Origin: Lachnospiraceae bacterium | GTDB taxonomy: Bacteria > Bacillota > Clostridia > Lachnospirales > Lachnospiraceae | NCBI GenBank assembly: GCA_021200995.1 | Contig: JAJQFS010000063.1 | Location: 33,972 to 97,971, forward strand | DNA length: 64,000 nt | Direction: 5' to 3' | Part shown: positions 1 to 9,629 of the stretch, piece after piece | Layout: each line of letters opens with the position of its first letter | Numbering within the stretch: position 1 is the stretch's first letter | Notes under the pieces: generated by a model | Database searches by the model: none | The model's input: only the letters and a program-made list of their open reading frames with translations | What the model was told of the DNA's origin: nothing | Position numbers and translations under genes: made by a program

Positions 1-2
1 CC

Positions 3-1166
3 GCGCATCCGGTTGAACCCGTGGTGGTGGAAGGCAAGGCACCCTGTCAGGAGGTAGTGCATCTGGCTACTGATCCGGACTTTGACCTGTACAAACTGAT
101 TCCGGCACCCACCAATACGCCGGTGGACGCGGGTCCTTATATCACACTCGGCATGTGCTACGCGACGCATCCGGACACGGGCCTGTCGGATGTAACGATT
201 CACCGCATGTGCATTCAGGGGAAGGACGAACTGTCCATCTTTCTGCAGCCCGGTTCCCGGCACATCGGGGCGATGGCGGAGAGGGCGACAGAGCTCAATC
301 AGACCCTGCCGATTTCCATCTCTATTGGCGTGGATCCGGCTATCGAGGTGACGTCCTGTTTTGAGCCGCCGACAACGCCGTTGGGCTTTAATGAGCTCTC
401 CATCGCGGGCGCGCTGCGTGAGCGGCCGGTGGAGCTTTGCCCCTGTGTTTCGATTAAAGAGAACGCGATTGCCAACGCGGAGTATGTCATCGAGGGTGAG
501 ATTATTCCGGGCGTAAAGGTGGTGGAGGACCAGAACAGCCACACTGGCTTTGCCATGCCGGAGTTTCCGGGATACAACGGTCATGCCAGTAATGAGTGCT
601 GGCTGATCAAGGTGAAGGCCGTGACCCACCGCGTGAACCCGATCATGCAGACCTGCATCGGACCGAGCGAGGAGCATGTGAATATGGCGGGCATCCCTAC
701 CGAGGCCAGCATTCTGGGCATGATTGACAAGGCTCTGCCCGGTAAGGTTGTCAATTGCTACGCGCACCGTTCCGGCGGCGGCAAATACATGGCGATCCTG
801 CAGTGCAGAAAGACGGTGCATACCGACGAGGGCAAGCAGCGTCAGGCTGCGCTTTTGGCTTTCTCCGCATTTCCTGAGCTGAAACATGTGATTTTAGTGG
901 ACGAGGATGTGGATATTTTCGATACGAACGATGTGCTCTGGGCGATGAATACTAGATTCCAGGGAGACAGGGACATCGTGACGATCCCCGGTGTGCGTTG
1001 TCATCCGCTGGATCCGAGCTCCAATCCGGCTTATACCGGTTCCATCCGTGACGTGGGCATTTCCTGCAAGACAATTTTTGACTGCACGGTTCCCTTTGAC
1101 TTAAAGGACAACTTCCATCGTGCGCCTTTCCTGGACGTGGATCCGGAAAAGTGGCTGAACGGGTGA
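3..1166 (+). CDS. lpdC: UbiD-family decarboxylase, LpdC/BsdC-like catalytic subunit of a hydroxyarylic (gallate-type) acid decarboxylase; N-terminus cut by the window edge
   Basis: The frame is open from base 3, with no stop before the listed GTG at 21. UbiD-family blocks present: AGPYITLG, DVTIHRM, GSRHIG, GIPTEASIL, QRQAALLAFSAF..VILVDEDVDIFD, MNTRFQ. ubiX-like and lpdD-like genes follow directly. Confidence 0.85.
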   Translation, partial: AHPVEPVVVEGKAPCQEVVHLATDPDFDLYKLIPAPTNTPVDAGPYITLGMCYATHPDTGLSDVTIHRMCIQGKDELSIFLQPGSRHIGAMAERATELNQTLPISISIGVDPAIEVTSCFEPPTTPLGFNELSIAGALRERPVELCPCVSIKENAIANAEYVIEGEIIPGVKVVEDQNSHTGFAMPEFPGYNGHASNECWLIKVKAVTHRVNPIMQTCIGPSEEHVNMAGIPTEASILGMIDKALPGKVVNCYAHRSGGGKYMAILQCRKTVHTDEGKQRQAALLAFSAFPELKHVILVDEDVDIFDTNDVLWAMNTRFQGDRDIVTIPGVRCHPLDPSSNPAYTGSIRDVGISCKTIFDCTVPFDLKDNFHRAPFLDVDPEKWLNG

Positions 1167-1170
1167 GAGT

Positions 1171-1743
1171 ATGACACAAAGACTGATTATCGGCATGAGC
1201 GGCGCGTCGGGCGCGCCGCTGACGGTGGAGCTGTTAAGGCAGCTCCACGCCTTTTATCCGCAGGTGGAGACGCATCTGGTGGTGACAAAGGGCGGTGAGA
1301 TGACCCTGCGTGAGGAGACTGATCTGACGCTTCAGGATTTGAAAGCGCTGGCCTTTGTTTCTTATGAGAATGACAATATCGGCGCGGCCATCGCCAGCGG
1401 TTCTTTCCATACGATGGGCATGGCCGTGGTGCCGTGCAGTATGAAGACGGTCGCGGGGATTGTCTGCGGCTACAGCGATAACCTGTTGCTGCGGGCGGCA
1501 GACGTGTGTATGAAGGAGCGCCGCAAACTGGTGCTGGTACCCAGGGAAGCGCCGCTCTCCACTTTGCATCTGCGCAATCTCTATGAGGCCAGCCAGCTGG
1601 GCGCGGTGATTCTGCCGCCCATGCAGACCTACTATGACCACCCGCGGACGGTGGAAGATATGACCAGACATACCGTGGAACGGATTTTGAGCCAGTTTGG
1701 ACTGGAGAACGGAGCGCGCGAGTGGGGCGGGATGGATATGTAA
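1171..1743 (+). CDS. ubiX: UbiX-type flavin prenyltransferase (LpdB/BsdB-like subunit)
   Basis: 190-aa product with the N-terminal IIGMSGASGAPL motif and the later VVPCSMKT and LVPRE blocks typical of UbiX/Pad1. It starts 5 nt after the UbiD-like stop. Confidence 0.92.
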   Translation: MTQRLIIGMSGASGAPLTVELLRQLHAFYPQVETHLVVTKGGEMTLREETDLTLQDLKALAFVSYENDNIGAAIASGSFHTMGMAVVPCSMKTVAGIVCGYSDNLLLRAADVCMKERRKLVLVPREAPLSTLHLRNLYEASQLGAVILPPMQTYYDHPRTVEDMTRHTVERILSQFGLENGAREWGGMDM

Positions 1744-1812
1744 TACATAGAGATTTCGAATAAGAGGGATGGAATTCGTAACGGTAAGGTAAAGAGACAG
1801 GGAGAACATGCA

Positions 1813-2211
1813 ATGAAAGAGGAAATGAATGGGAATGACATCCGAAAATTTCAGATTCATCGTATTCTTATGAACGAGCCTCTGACGGCAGATATCCTCA
1901 TCCTGTCAGCTGGCGTGGAAGTCAATCTCTACGGCGGCTGCCTGCCGCACATCGGCGCGGTCAGTATCGTGGATCCGGAGAGAAACCTGACGACCACCCA
2001 GTTTCCAACGCACAAAGACGGTGTTGTCTCCGCGAAGTGGGCAAGGACCATCGCGGATGCTGGTTATTTGCCGGTGACGGTAATCGCGGGCATCCACTAT
2101 GACAACCTGACGAAGGAAGAGATCGCGGTTGTGGTGGAGGCGACGGATGAGATGCTGAAAGAGGCGCTGGAACAATTATATGCGCATATTTCAAGTAAAA
2201 AAAGTGAATAA
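1813..2211 (+). CDS. lpdD: LpdD-like small subunit / prenylated-flavin chaperone-like protein of the decarboxylase
   Basis: 132-aa product in the third position of a UbiD-UbiX-small-subunit cluster. GGGAGA lies 8 nt upstream of the ATG. Size and the blocks LYGGCLPHIGAVSIV and GIHYDN fit my memory of LpdD. Confidence 0.65.
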   Translation: MKEEMNGNDIRKFQIHRILMNEPLTADILILSAGVEVNLYGGCLPHIGAVSIVDPERNLTTTQFPTHKDGVVSAKWARTIADAGYLPVTVIAGIHYDNLTKEEIAVVVEATDEMLKEALEQLYAHISSKKSE

Positions 2212-2253
2212 AAATATGATTTTTTTCTGCACTTTACACACAGGAGGAAGATT

Positions 2254-3204
2254 TTGGAGCTGGAACTTTCACGCTTTACAGATTACAAAAAGAAGGTGCT
2301 GGACAACTGCTCGCGGATCATTGTCGGCAAGGACGATGTCATCACGCTGGTGCTGACCTGCTTTGTCTGCTCCGGCCATGTGCTGCTGGAGGATGTGCCG
2401 GGTACGGGCAAGACCATGCTTTTGCGGGCTTTTGCGAAGACGGTGGGAGGGGATTTCAAGCGCATTCAGTTTACGCCGGATCTGCTGCCGTCTGACCTGA
2501 CCGGTATTCATTTCTATAATCAGAAGACCGGCTCCTTTGAGTTTCGGCCAGGGCCGCTTTTATCCAATATTGTCCTCGCGGATGAGATCAACAGGGCCAC
2601 GCCCCGCACCCAGTCGAGTCTTCTGGAAGCCATGGAGGAGCGGCAGGTGACGGTGGACGGTGTGACCATGCCTTTAGAGGAGCCTTTTATGGTGATGGCA
2701 ACGCAGAACCCGCTGGAGTCCTACGGCACATTTCCTCTGCCGGAAGCGCAGATCGATCGCTTTTTCATGAAATTATCTCTTGGGTACATGACCAGAGAAC
2801 AGGAGATGCGCGTGCTGTCCCGGCCGGCGACTGTGAGCCTGCTGGCGGATCTTTCCCAGAATGTGACAGCAGAGGAAACGACGTATGTCCGCTCCGCATA
2901 CAGGGAAGTTATGGTGTCTGCGGATGTGATGGCGTACCTGATGGATATCATAGAGGGAACCCGCGCGGAGAGTTCCTTTGTGGGCGGCGTTTCGACACGA
3001 GGGGCTCTGGCGCTGTATCAGGCGTCTCAGGCCTTCGCGGCGTTGAATGGCCGGTCCTATGTGCTGCCGGAGGATGTGAAATATCTGGCGCCCTTTGTTT
3101 TACAGCACAGACTGGGCGCCGGCGGCAAAAGCGGCGCGAAATCGGAGGACTTCCTGAAGCGTATTCTGGATAAGACCAGGGTTCCGCTGGAAGAGCAGCC
3201 ATGA
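2254..3204 (+). CDS. MoxR-family AAA+ ATPase
   Basis: Walker A in DVPGTGKTML, Walker B in VLADEINRA, and MoxR-like TQNPLE/YGTFPLPEAQIDRF blocks. TTG start 4 nt after AGGAGG. Confidence 0.9.
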   Translation: MELELSRFTDYKKKVLDNCSRIIVGKDDVITLVLTCFVCSGHVLLEDVPGTGKTMLLRAFAKTVGGDFKRIQFTPDLLPSDLTGIHFYNQKTGSFEFRPGPLLSNIVLADEINRATPRTQSSLLEAMEERQVTVDGVTMPLEEPFMVMATQNPLESYGTFPLPEAQIDRFFMKLSLGYMTREQEMRVLSRPATVSLLADLSQNVTAEETTYVRSAYREVMVSADVMAYLMDIIEGTRAESSFVGGVSTRGALALYQASQAFAALNGRSYVLPEDVKYLAPFVLQHRLGAGGKSGAKSEDFLKRILDKTRVPLEEQP

Positions 3205-4280
3205 TTCTGCTGCTGGCCGCGGTCATTTTGCTGGCTGTCGCGTTTCAGTCGTATACCCGACGCCGCGGTCTGAAGGGGCTTGACGCGTCGCTCTCCATTC
3301 CGAAGGCATTGGTGGAGCAGGATGCGTCTTTTGATCTGGTTCTGGAGCTGGTCAATCACAGCAGGGCCTTTTTTCCATTTTTAAAAGTTTCCATTCATCT
3401 GCCGAAGGGCCTGACGCCGGAGGTGGATGAAAAACAGCTGCGCACGGACATGCATGGAGGTAAGTATGTATATCTCTCCTCCTGGCTTGGCCCCAGACAG
3501 CGCCTTTCTTTTAAAATTCCACTGAAGGCGTCTCAAAGAGGCAGATTCCTGACAGGAGACATGACCGTATTCTGCGGGGATTTTCTGGGTCTCTCATCGG
3601 AGGGACAGAGCTTTTCTCAGTTTCTGGAGGCGGTGGCCATGCCGAAAGCGGTTGAGGTGCAGGAGATTGAGCAGATCGCAGGCGGTTTTATCGGAGATAT
3701 TTCCGTGAACCGTTTTCTGTTCGAGGATCCGGTGCTGACGGTCGGCTATCGGGATTATACAGGGCGCGAGCCTATGAAAATGCTGGCCTGGACGCAGATT
3801 GCGCGCACGGGCAGGATGACGGTAAAGCAGTATGATTATACCATGGAGACCTCTGTCATGGTTGTTTTAAACATGGAATGCAGGCTGCGAAAAGAGGAGA
3901 CAGAAACGTTTGTGGAAGCCACCTACAGCATCGCGCGCACGGTCTGCGAGCAGCTGGAGGAAAAGGGCATTCAGTATTCTTTCCAGACCAATGCGGTTAC
4001 TGCGGGAGATTTCGCTTCCTGGCAGTCAGTTGGAGAGGGGCTGGGCGGGCATCATCTGATGCACATTCTGGAGGGCCTGGGACGTGGCCTGGATCAGGTT
4101 TCCTCATCCTGCGACAATTTGCTGAAAAATGCGGTGAGAAGCTCCGACAGTACGCGGGGACTGATGTTCATTACACCGGAGAATGATCCGGAGATTTTAA
4201 GCCTGGCGGCTGAGTGGGCCGAGAGGGCCGGGGTCAATTTGTGGACCGTGACAGGAGAGGAGATCCTATGTCGACTCTGA
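3201..4280 (+). CDS. DUF58-like protein (usual MoxR partner), N-terminal TM helix
   Basis: Its ATG overlaps the moxR stop (ATGA). Hydrophobic N-terminus ILLLAAVILLAVA. Size and position match the conserved MoxR-DUF58 pair. Confidence 0.75.
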   Translation: MILLLAAVILLAVAFQSYTRRRGLKGLDASLSIPKALVEQDASFDLVLELVNHSRAFFPFLKVSIHLPKGLTPEVDEKQLRTDMHGGKYVYLSSWLGPRQRLSFKIPLKASQRGRFLTGDMTVFCGDFLGLSSEGQSFSQFLEAVAMPKAVEVQEIEQIAGGFIGDISVNRFLFEDPVLTVGYRDYTGREPMKMLAWTQIARTGRMTVKQYDYTMETSVMVVLNMECRLRKEETETFVEATYSIARTVCEQLEEKGIQYSFQTNAVTAGDFASWQSVGEGLGGHHLMHILEGLGRGLDQVSSSCDNLLKNAVRSSDSTRGLMFITPENDPEILSLAAEWAERAGVNLWTVTGEEILCRL

Positions 4281-5485
4281 TATTTCTGAAATTATTATCC
4301 GATCTGGGATTATACTACAGCATCGCCGGTTTCTTCGCGGTTTTCGCGGGAGCGGATGCCTCCCTTTTGCTGATGAGTTTCGGGCTGCAGGCGCTGGCCG
4401 GGTTTCTGACCTTTCCGCTGCGTGAGAAAGGCGTGATTCGCTTTCTGCCGCTTCTGCTGCTGGCGGTCTGTTTTCTGCTCCCGGGCGGTTGGTATGTGGA
4501 ATGGATTGCCGTTATGCCGCCCGCGTGTTACGTCATCTATCTGACGGTGAAACGGCTGTATCTGCCGGAATGGTCCGCGCAGATCGATATCTTCCGTATT
4601 TTCTGGAAATTACTGCTGGGTTTCTGCGCCATGGCACTTTTAATGGGCTGCGGGGAACAGCTGGCTGCGATTACCATTCCGATGGGCCTGATTACACTGA
4701 CGTGCTGCGTGATTCTGATGCGCTCTCTGCGCCATGACGCTTCCGTTTACTGCACACCCCGTTTTCAGGCGATGAATCTGCTCACTGTGGCGGTGGTCAT
4801 ACTGCTGGCGGCGGCGCTTTCTTCGGATGCGTTCCTTAACGCGGTCGCTGCGGTCTTAAGCTGGATTTATCAGACGGTGTGTTATCCTCTCCTGATGGTG
4901 GTTTTGTATCTGCTGGTGGGCATTGTCAGGGTGATTATCTGGTTATTTTCCTGGATTCAATTCGGCGATTCTGAGCAGCAGGAGACAGAGATGACGCTCG
5001 ACCTGAGCGGAGTCGATGAGGTTCTTGGTGATACACAGACGGGCTTAAACAGTGAGCTGTTTTCACAGGTGATGACCGCTCTGGGTCTGATTCTGGCTGC
5101 GGTCGTGCTTTTTTTCGTGTTCCGCTGGCTTTCCCGCCGTAATCGTCAGAGTGAGGGAAACGCAATCACGGGACAACGTACTACGGTTGAGAGAACATCG
5201 GCGGGCCGCCGCTTTTTAGCGATATCGACGCCCGTGGAACAGGTACGTTTCCAGTACCGCAAATATCTGAAATTATGCCGCGCGAACGGCTTTGATTTTG
5301 AAAAGAGCGAGACCAGCCGGGAGATAGAGTTCAAGACGAAAAAAGCCATGGAAGCCGAGAATGTGCACGCCATGCGTGAAATTTATATTAAGGCCCGCTA
5401 TCATGAGGAGGCAACGAAGGAGGACGTCGCCGAGGCAAAGAGATTGTATCAGCGCCTGTCTGCGTCCGCAAAAGACAAAACCTGA
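4268..5485 (+). CDS. Polytopic membrane protein with a DUF4129-like cytoplasmic C-terminal domain
   Basis: I trimmed the ORF to ATG 4268, preceded by GGAGAGGAG and overlapping the DUF58 stop. It has several hydrophobic segments followed by a helical charged tail (REIYIKARYHEEATKEDVAEAKRLYQRL) typical of DUF4129. Confidence 0.6.
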   Translation: MSTLIFLKLLSDLGLYYSIAGFFAVFAGADASLLLMSFGLQALAGFLTFPLREKGVIRFLPLLLLAVCFLLPGGWYVEWIAVMPPACYVIYLTVKRLYLPEWSAQIDIFRIFWKLLLGFCAMALLMGCGEQLAAITIPMGLITLTCCVILMRSLRHDASVYCTPRFQAMNLLTVAVVILLAAALSSDAFLNAVAAVLSWIYQTVCYPLLMVVLYLLVGIVRVIIWLFSWIQFGDSEQQETEMTLDLSGVDEVLGDTQTGLNSELFSQVMTALGLILAAVVLFFVFRWLSRRNRQSEGNAITGQRTTVERTSAGRRFLAISTPVEQVRFQYRKYLKLCRANGFDFEKSETSREIEFKTKKAMEAENVHAMREIYIKARYHEEATKEDVAEAKRLYQRLSASAKDKT

Positions 5486-5770
5486 AAATCAGAAAGCGGA
5501 ACAGGACATTGTGCCGGTGTCGGAATGAACTGGAGCGGAGTCATCACAGATGAACGGGATGGGAGATATCCCGTGAAAAGACTGGGATGAATTTGGTTAT
5601 TACATGGAATGATACGATTATTCTTTCGGGGAATACTTTGCAAAAAGAGATAGAATTGTAAATATTGCCGGAAACGGATAAGATAGACATACCTGAAACG
5701 CTGTCAGATGCGTTGTAAAATCTGACGAATCAAAACATATAAAATGTACAGAAGATTGAGGTGATTTATT

Positions 5771-7249
5771 ATGGCATCAAGTACAACAAACGCGAAGGGG
5801 GTTGGCCGTGATCTGACGGAGGGACCGATCTTTTCGACACTGATCGTTTTTGCCTGGCCGATCATTTTGGCAAATGTGATTCAGCAGCTTTACGGCATGG
5901 TCGACCTGGCGGTGGTCGGACAATTTGTGGGATCTATCGGAACAGTGGGCGTCAATACGGGCGGAGAGATGGCGGATCTGATGCTGCCGATTGGCATGGG
6001 TCTTGGAACTGCCGCTCAGATCTATATTGCGCAGCTGATGGGTGCGAAGGATCATTCCCGGACAAAAGAAACCGTATCCACGCTACTGACATTTTCCACG
6101 TTGCTTTCCATTGTGCTGGCAGTGGTGATGATCGTATTCAGTGTGCCGATTTTAAACCTGTTGAACTGCCCTGAGGAGGCTATGGGTCAGGCAAGCGCGT
6201 ATATGATCATCACAGCGATAGGGTATCCGTTTATCTTTGGATATAACTGCGTCTGCGGCCTGCTGCGGGGCATGGGGGAAAGTAAGAGACCCCTTTATTT
6301 TATCATTGTGGCGGCTGTCATCAATATCTTTGCGGATATTTTGTTTGTGGCGGTATTTAAGATGGAAGCGGCGGGCACAGCGCTGGCGACGGTCTTAAGT
6401 CAGATTGGTGCCTTTGCAGCATCGTTTTATTATCTGTACCGCTGCAGAGATAAATTTGACCTGCAGTTTGACCGCTCCTTTCTGAAAATGGATCCGGAGA
6501 CTCTGAAAGTGCTGGTGAAATTGTCGATTCCACAGATCGCAAGAAGCCTGATGGTACGTTTAGGACTGCTTTACATCAATGCGAACATCAACGCGTATGG
6601 CACGGAAGTTTCCGCGACTAACGGTGTAGGCAACAAGCTTCAGAAATTCCTGGAAGTCTTTATGCAGGGCGTGGATACGGCTTCCGCTTCCATGATCGGC
6701 CAGAATCTTGGCGCGAAAAAGACAAAGCGCGCGGGGCAGGTGACCTGGTGTACGCTGGCGATGACCATGAGTATTGCCGCTGTGATTTCTGTTATTGGTG
6801 TGCTTTTCGGCAGACAGCTTTTCGGCATATTCTCGAACGACGAACTGGTGCTGGCAATGGGAAAGGTATACATGGAATTTATGGTGATCCACTTCTTCTC
6901 CTCCGCATTTGTCGGGGCGTTCCAGGCGATGGTCACGGGCTGCGGTTTTGTCAGTCTGGGCTTCGCAATCGGCCTGCTGGACGGTGTGGTTTGTAAAATC
7001 GGCCTGAGTATATTGTTCCTGCCTTTGTTTAACCAGGCGTCCGGCGTGTTCGCGTTTTTCTGCAATCAGATACCGGATATTGTGACACAGCAGGTGATGC
7101 AGACAGATGTCGGAGCCATCCATAATTATGGGTATCTGGCGTATTTCCTGGGAATCGCGTGCTCCAGAATTGTACCGGGGCTGCTGTGCTTTGGATATTT
7201 TCTGAGTGGGAAGTGGAAGACCAGGGAACTGGTGACAAAGAAAAAATAA
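5771..7249 (+). CDS. MATE-family efflux transporter
   Basis: 492-aa multi-TM protein. The N-terminal LTEGPIFSTLIVFAWPIILANVIQQLYGMVDLAVVGQFVG is a typical MATE signature. Confidence 0.9.
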   Translation: MASSTTNAKGVGRDLTEGPIFSTLIVFAWPIILANVIQQLYGMVDLAVVGQFVGSIGTVGVNTGGEMADLMLPIGMGLGTAAQIYIAQLMGAKDHSRTKETVSTLLTFSTLLSIVLAVVMIVFSVPILNLLNCPEEAMGQASAYMIITAIGYPFIFGYNCVCGLLRGMGESKRPLYFIIVAAVINIFADILFVAVFKMEAAGTALATVLSQIGAFAASFYYLYRCRDKFDLQFDRSFLKMDPETLKVLVKLSIPQIARSLMVRLGLLYINANINAYGTEVSATNGVGNKLQKFLEVFMQGVDTASASMIGQNLGAKKTKRAGQVTWCTLAMTMSIAAVISVIGVLFGRQLFGIFSNDELVLAMGKVYMEFMVIHFFSSAFVGAFQAMVTGCGFVSLGFAIGLLDGVVCKIGLSILFLPLFNQASGVFAFFCNQIPDIVTQQVMQTDVGAIHNYGYLAYFLGIACSRIVPGLLCFGYFLSGKWKTRELVTKKK

Positions 7250-7285
7250 CAGCAAAAACGAAAACAACGGTGCTTTTTGGTGCTG

Positions 7286-7314
7286 TTGTTTTTGTTTGTC
7301 TTTGATGATATAAT
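7286..7314 (+). promoter_or_regulatory. Putative sigma-A promoter for the hydrolase gene
   Basis: TTGTTT (7286-7291), 17-nt spacer, TATAAT (7309-7314), with TG at 7306-7307 (extended -10). Confidence 0.4.
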
Positions 7315-7380
7315 TTGCGTAGCTAATATATGTTCACTGGGTGTAAAGCCGGAATGTGATCGTATTCAACGGAGGAAAAT

Positions 7381-8694
7381 ATGATTAAATTTGACGAAGC
7401 AACAGGTCGGATTGAAGTGACGAATGGCGTCCTGGAAAACGATGGCTTTGAGGTGCGGGATACTTTTGTACTGCTTGGCAGGGGGCAGCGGGGGATGCTG
7501 TATGAGCCGGCGGATGGGTCAAAGAGAATTCCGGTCGGTGTTGTCCTGATTCATGCATCCGCGGATTATTCCTGTCTGCCCATGTGCGCGGAACTGGCGA
7601 AGAGAGGGTTTACCGCGCTGGGAGGACAGGTGCGTGGGGATGAAATCGGTCTGGAAGAGAAGATGCTGAACGTCAAAACAGCAGTGAACTTCTTAAGACA
7701 CATGCAGGGCATTGAGAAGGTGGTTCTGATGGGACACAGCGGCGGCGCCACGCTGATGTCGGCTTATCAGAGCATCGCTGAAAATGGTGTGGAAATTTAT
7801 CAGACGGAGGAGATGCTGTATCCTTGTCCGCTGACAGAAAAGCTGCTTCCGGCAGATGGCATCATGTTGATTGATTCCAACTACGGAAATGGGGCGATGA
7901 CGCTGATCAGCATGGATCCGGCAGTGCTTGAGAATGGAAACGGAACAGATCTGGATGAGAGCCTGAGCGTGTTCAATCCGGAGAACGGATTCAACGGAAG
8001 TGAAACGGCGTATTCCGCAGAGTTTCTGGAAAGATTTTACAGGGCGCAGGCGAAGCGCAACAACGAAATCGTCAGCCTGGCGCTTGAGAGACTGAAGGCG
8101 CTGGAAAACGGAGAGGGGCATTATGAAACGGATGAGCCTTTTTTAGTGACCGGCGGCGCACAGATGAAGCCCTGCAATAAGGTTATTCTGGCGGATCTGA
8201 GGCTGTTAAGTCATACGAAGGAAAGTTATCCGCTGCTTCACGCGGATGGAACGGTTACGCATGAGGTCATTTACTCTTTAAGACCTGCTGAAACCGGTAT
8301 GAATCCGACACGCGGCGGGCTGGGGCTGCTCAACAGTACGGTGAAAGCGTTTTTGTCCGAACACGCGGTGTACGCCTCTGAGGATTACCGTATCACGGAA
8401 ACCGGTGTGGAAGGCGTTTGCTGGGAGCAGACCTATAACTGCACGCCGTATAATGTCACACATATTTCGGCGCCGCTTCTGGTGATGGGGATGACCGGCA
8501 GCTATGAGTTTATGGCCGCGGAAGCGATTTATCAGAACGCGTCCAGTGAGAGAAAAACAATTGCCTTTGTGGAAGGGGCAACGCATAATTTCGGGCCTCA
8601 GACGCGGACGGAGAAATTCCCTGGGCAGTATGGAAACACCCATAAAATCCTGTACGATTATATGGCAGAGTGGCTTAGAAACGAAATGTTGTGA
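7381..8694 (+). CDS. Alpha/beta-fold hydrolase
   Basis: Nucleophile elbow GHSGG in VVLMGHSGGATLM. AGGAAAA-type RBS upstream. Confidence 0.7.
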   Translation: MIKFDEATGRIEVTNGVLENDGFEVRDTFVLLGRGQRGMLYEPADGSKRIPVGVVLIHASADYSCLPMCAELAKRGFTALGGQVRGDEIGLEEKMLNVKTAVNFLRHMQGIEKVVLMGHSGGATLMSAYQSIAENGVEIYQTEEMLYPCPLTEKLLPADGIMLIDSNYGNGAMTLISMDPAVLENGNGTDLDESLSVFNPENGFNGSETAYSAEFLERFYRAQAKRNNEIVSLALERLKALENGEGHYETDEPFLVTGGAQMKPCNKVILADLRLLSHTKESYPLLHADGTVTHEVIYSLRPAETGMNPTRGGLGLLNSTVKAFLSEHAVYASEDYRITETGVEGVCWEQTYNCTPYNVTHISAPLLVMGMTGSYEFMAAEAIYQNASSERKTIAFVEGATHNFGPQTRTEKFPGQYGNTHKILYDYMAEWLRNEML

Positions 8695-8698
8695 GATT

Positions 8699-9568
8699 TT
8701 ACAGCTTCTCAAGCCTCTCCCTTAAACTCACGCCCGTAGGCGTGCCCGCCAGGCCGCCTAAGCCGGTCTCGCGGATATTCTCCGGGAGGGAGCGGCCGAT
8801 GGCGCGCATGGCGTCGAAGACTTCGTCCGCGGGGATGCGGCTTTCAACGCCGGCACAGGCTAAGTCGGCGCTGGTTAAGGCGTTTACCGCGCCGATGACA
8901 TTGCGCTTGACGCAGGGCACCTCCACGAGGCCGGCGACCGGGTCGCAGGCGAGGCCGAGGAGGTTTTTCATGGCGAGGGCCGCGGCGTGGCTGATGGTCA
9001 TAACGCTGCCGCTGCACAGGTAAGCCGCCGCGCCGGCGGCTATGGAGGAGGCGGAGCCGATCTCCGCCTGACAGCCGCCGGAGGCGCCCGCTAAAAAGGC
9101 GCGGGAAGCGATGACGCCGCCGATTCCGGCGGCTACGTACAGTGCCCGTGTCATCTCATCATCGGAGTATCCTTTCTCTTCCTGCAGAGATAAAAGCACC
9201 GCCGGCAGCACGCCGCAGGAGCCCGCGGTGGGAGCGGCCACAATGCGCTTCATGCAGGCGTTGGATTCGCCCATTTTGACAGCACGCTCCATCACGCGGC
9301 CGATGAAATCCCCGCACAGAAGCTTTCCCTGTTGTCTGGCTGCCGCGATTTTGGCGCCGTCTCTGCCGGATAAGCCGCTGCGTGACATCTGATTCGGATC
9401 ATAGGCATAATCCGCCGCGCGCATGGCGCGGTACATTTGCTTCATCTTCTCAAAATTCTCTTCCGGGGACATGGCCTGCTCGATACAGTCTTCGCGCTGG
9501 ACGCATTCCCAGAAGGAGATCTTATTCATTTCACAGATACTGGCAATTTCCGCCATGGATTGATACAT
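8699..9568 (-). CDS. sdaAA: L-serine dehydratase (iron-sulfur dependent), alpha subunit
   Basis: 289-aa product with the family blocks APTAGSCGVLPAVL and GGCQAEIGSASS. The beta subunit gene lies directly upstream on the same strand. Confidence 0.92.
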   Translation of the reverse strand: MYQSMAEIASICEMNKISFWECVQREDCIEQAMSPEENFEKMKQMYRAMRAADYAYDPNQMSRSGLSGRDGAKIAAARQQGKLLCGDFIGRVMERAVKMGESNACMKRIVAAPTAGSCGVLPAVLLSLQEEKGYSDDEMTRALYVAAGIGGVIASRAFLAGASGGCQAEIGSASSIAAGAAAYLCSGSVMTISHAAALAMKNLLGLACDPVAGLVEVPCVKRNVIGAVNALTSADLACAGVESRIPADEVFDAMRAIGRSLPENIRETGLGGLAGTPTGVSLRERLEKL

Positions 9569-9629
9569 AATGGTTCCTCACTCTTTACTGCAGGCTTTTA
9601 TATTTCATACTGGCCGTGAGTCATAACGT

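Noticed and set aside
1187-1860. Long antisense or alternative-frame ORFs in the track: 1187-1813 and 1234-1860 opposite ubiX. The same pattern appears at 6560-7267, 8278-8712, 18178-18807, 35393-36070, 36539-37249, 41243-41914, 52269-52823, 55075-55716, 56494-57576, 61806-62408 and 63290-63979.
   Set aside because: Each lies fully inside a confidently identified gene on the other strand or frame. Their translations are Arg/Pro/Ala/Gly/His-rich with no recognisable motifs. This is the usual shadow-ORF effect of GC-rich coding DNA.
5486-5770. A guanidine (ykkC-type) or other riboswitch in the 285-nt leader of the MATE pump.
   Set aside because: No conserved ykkC elements (such as the GGGTTCCG or GGTCCGAGAG-type cores) are visible, only short weak hairpins.
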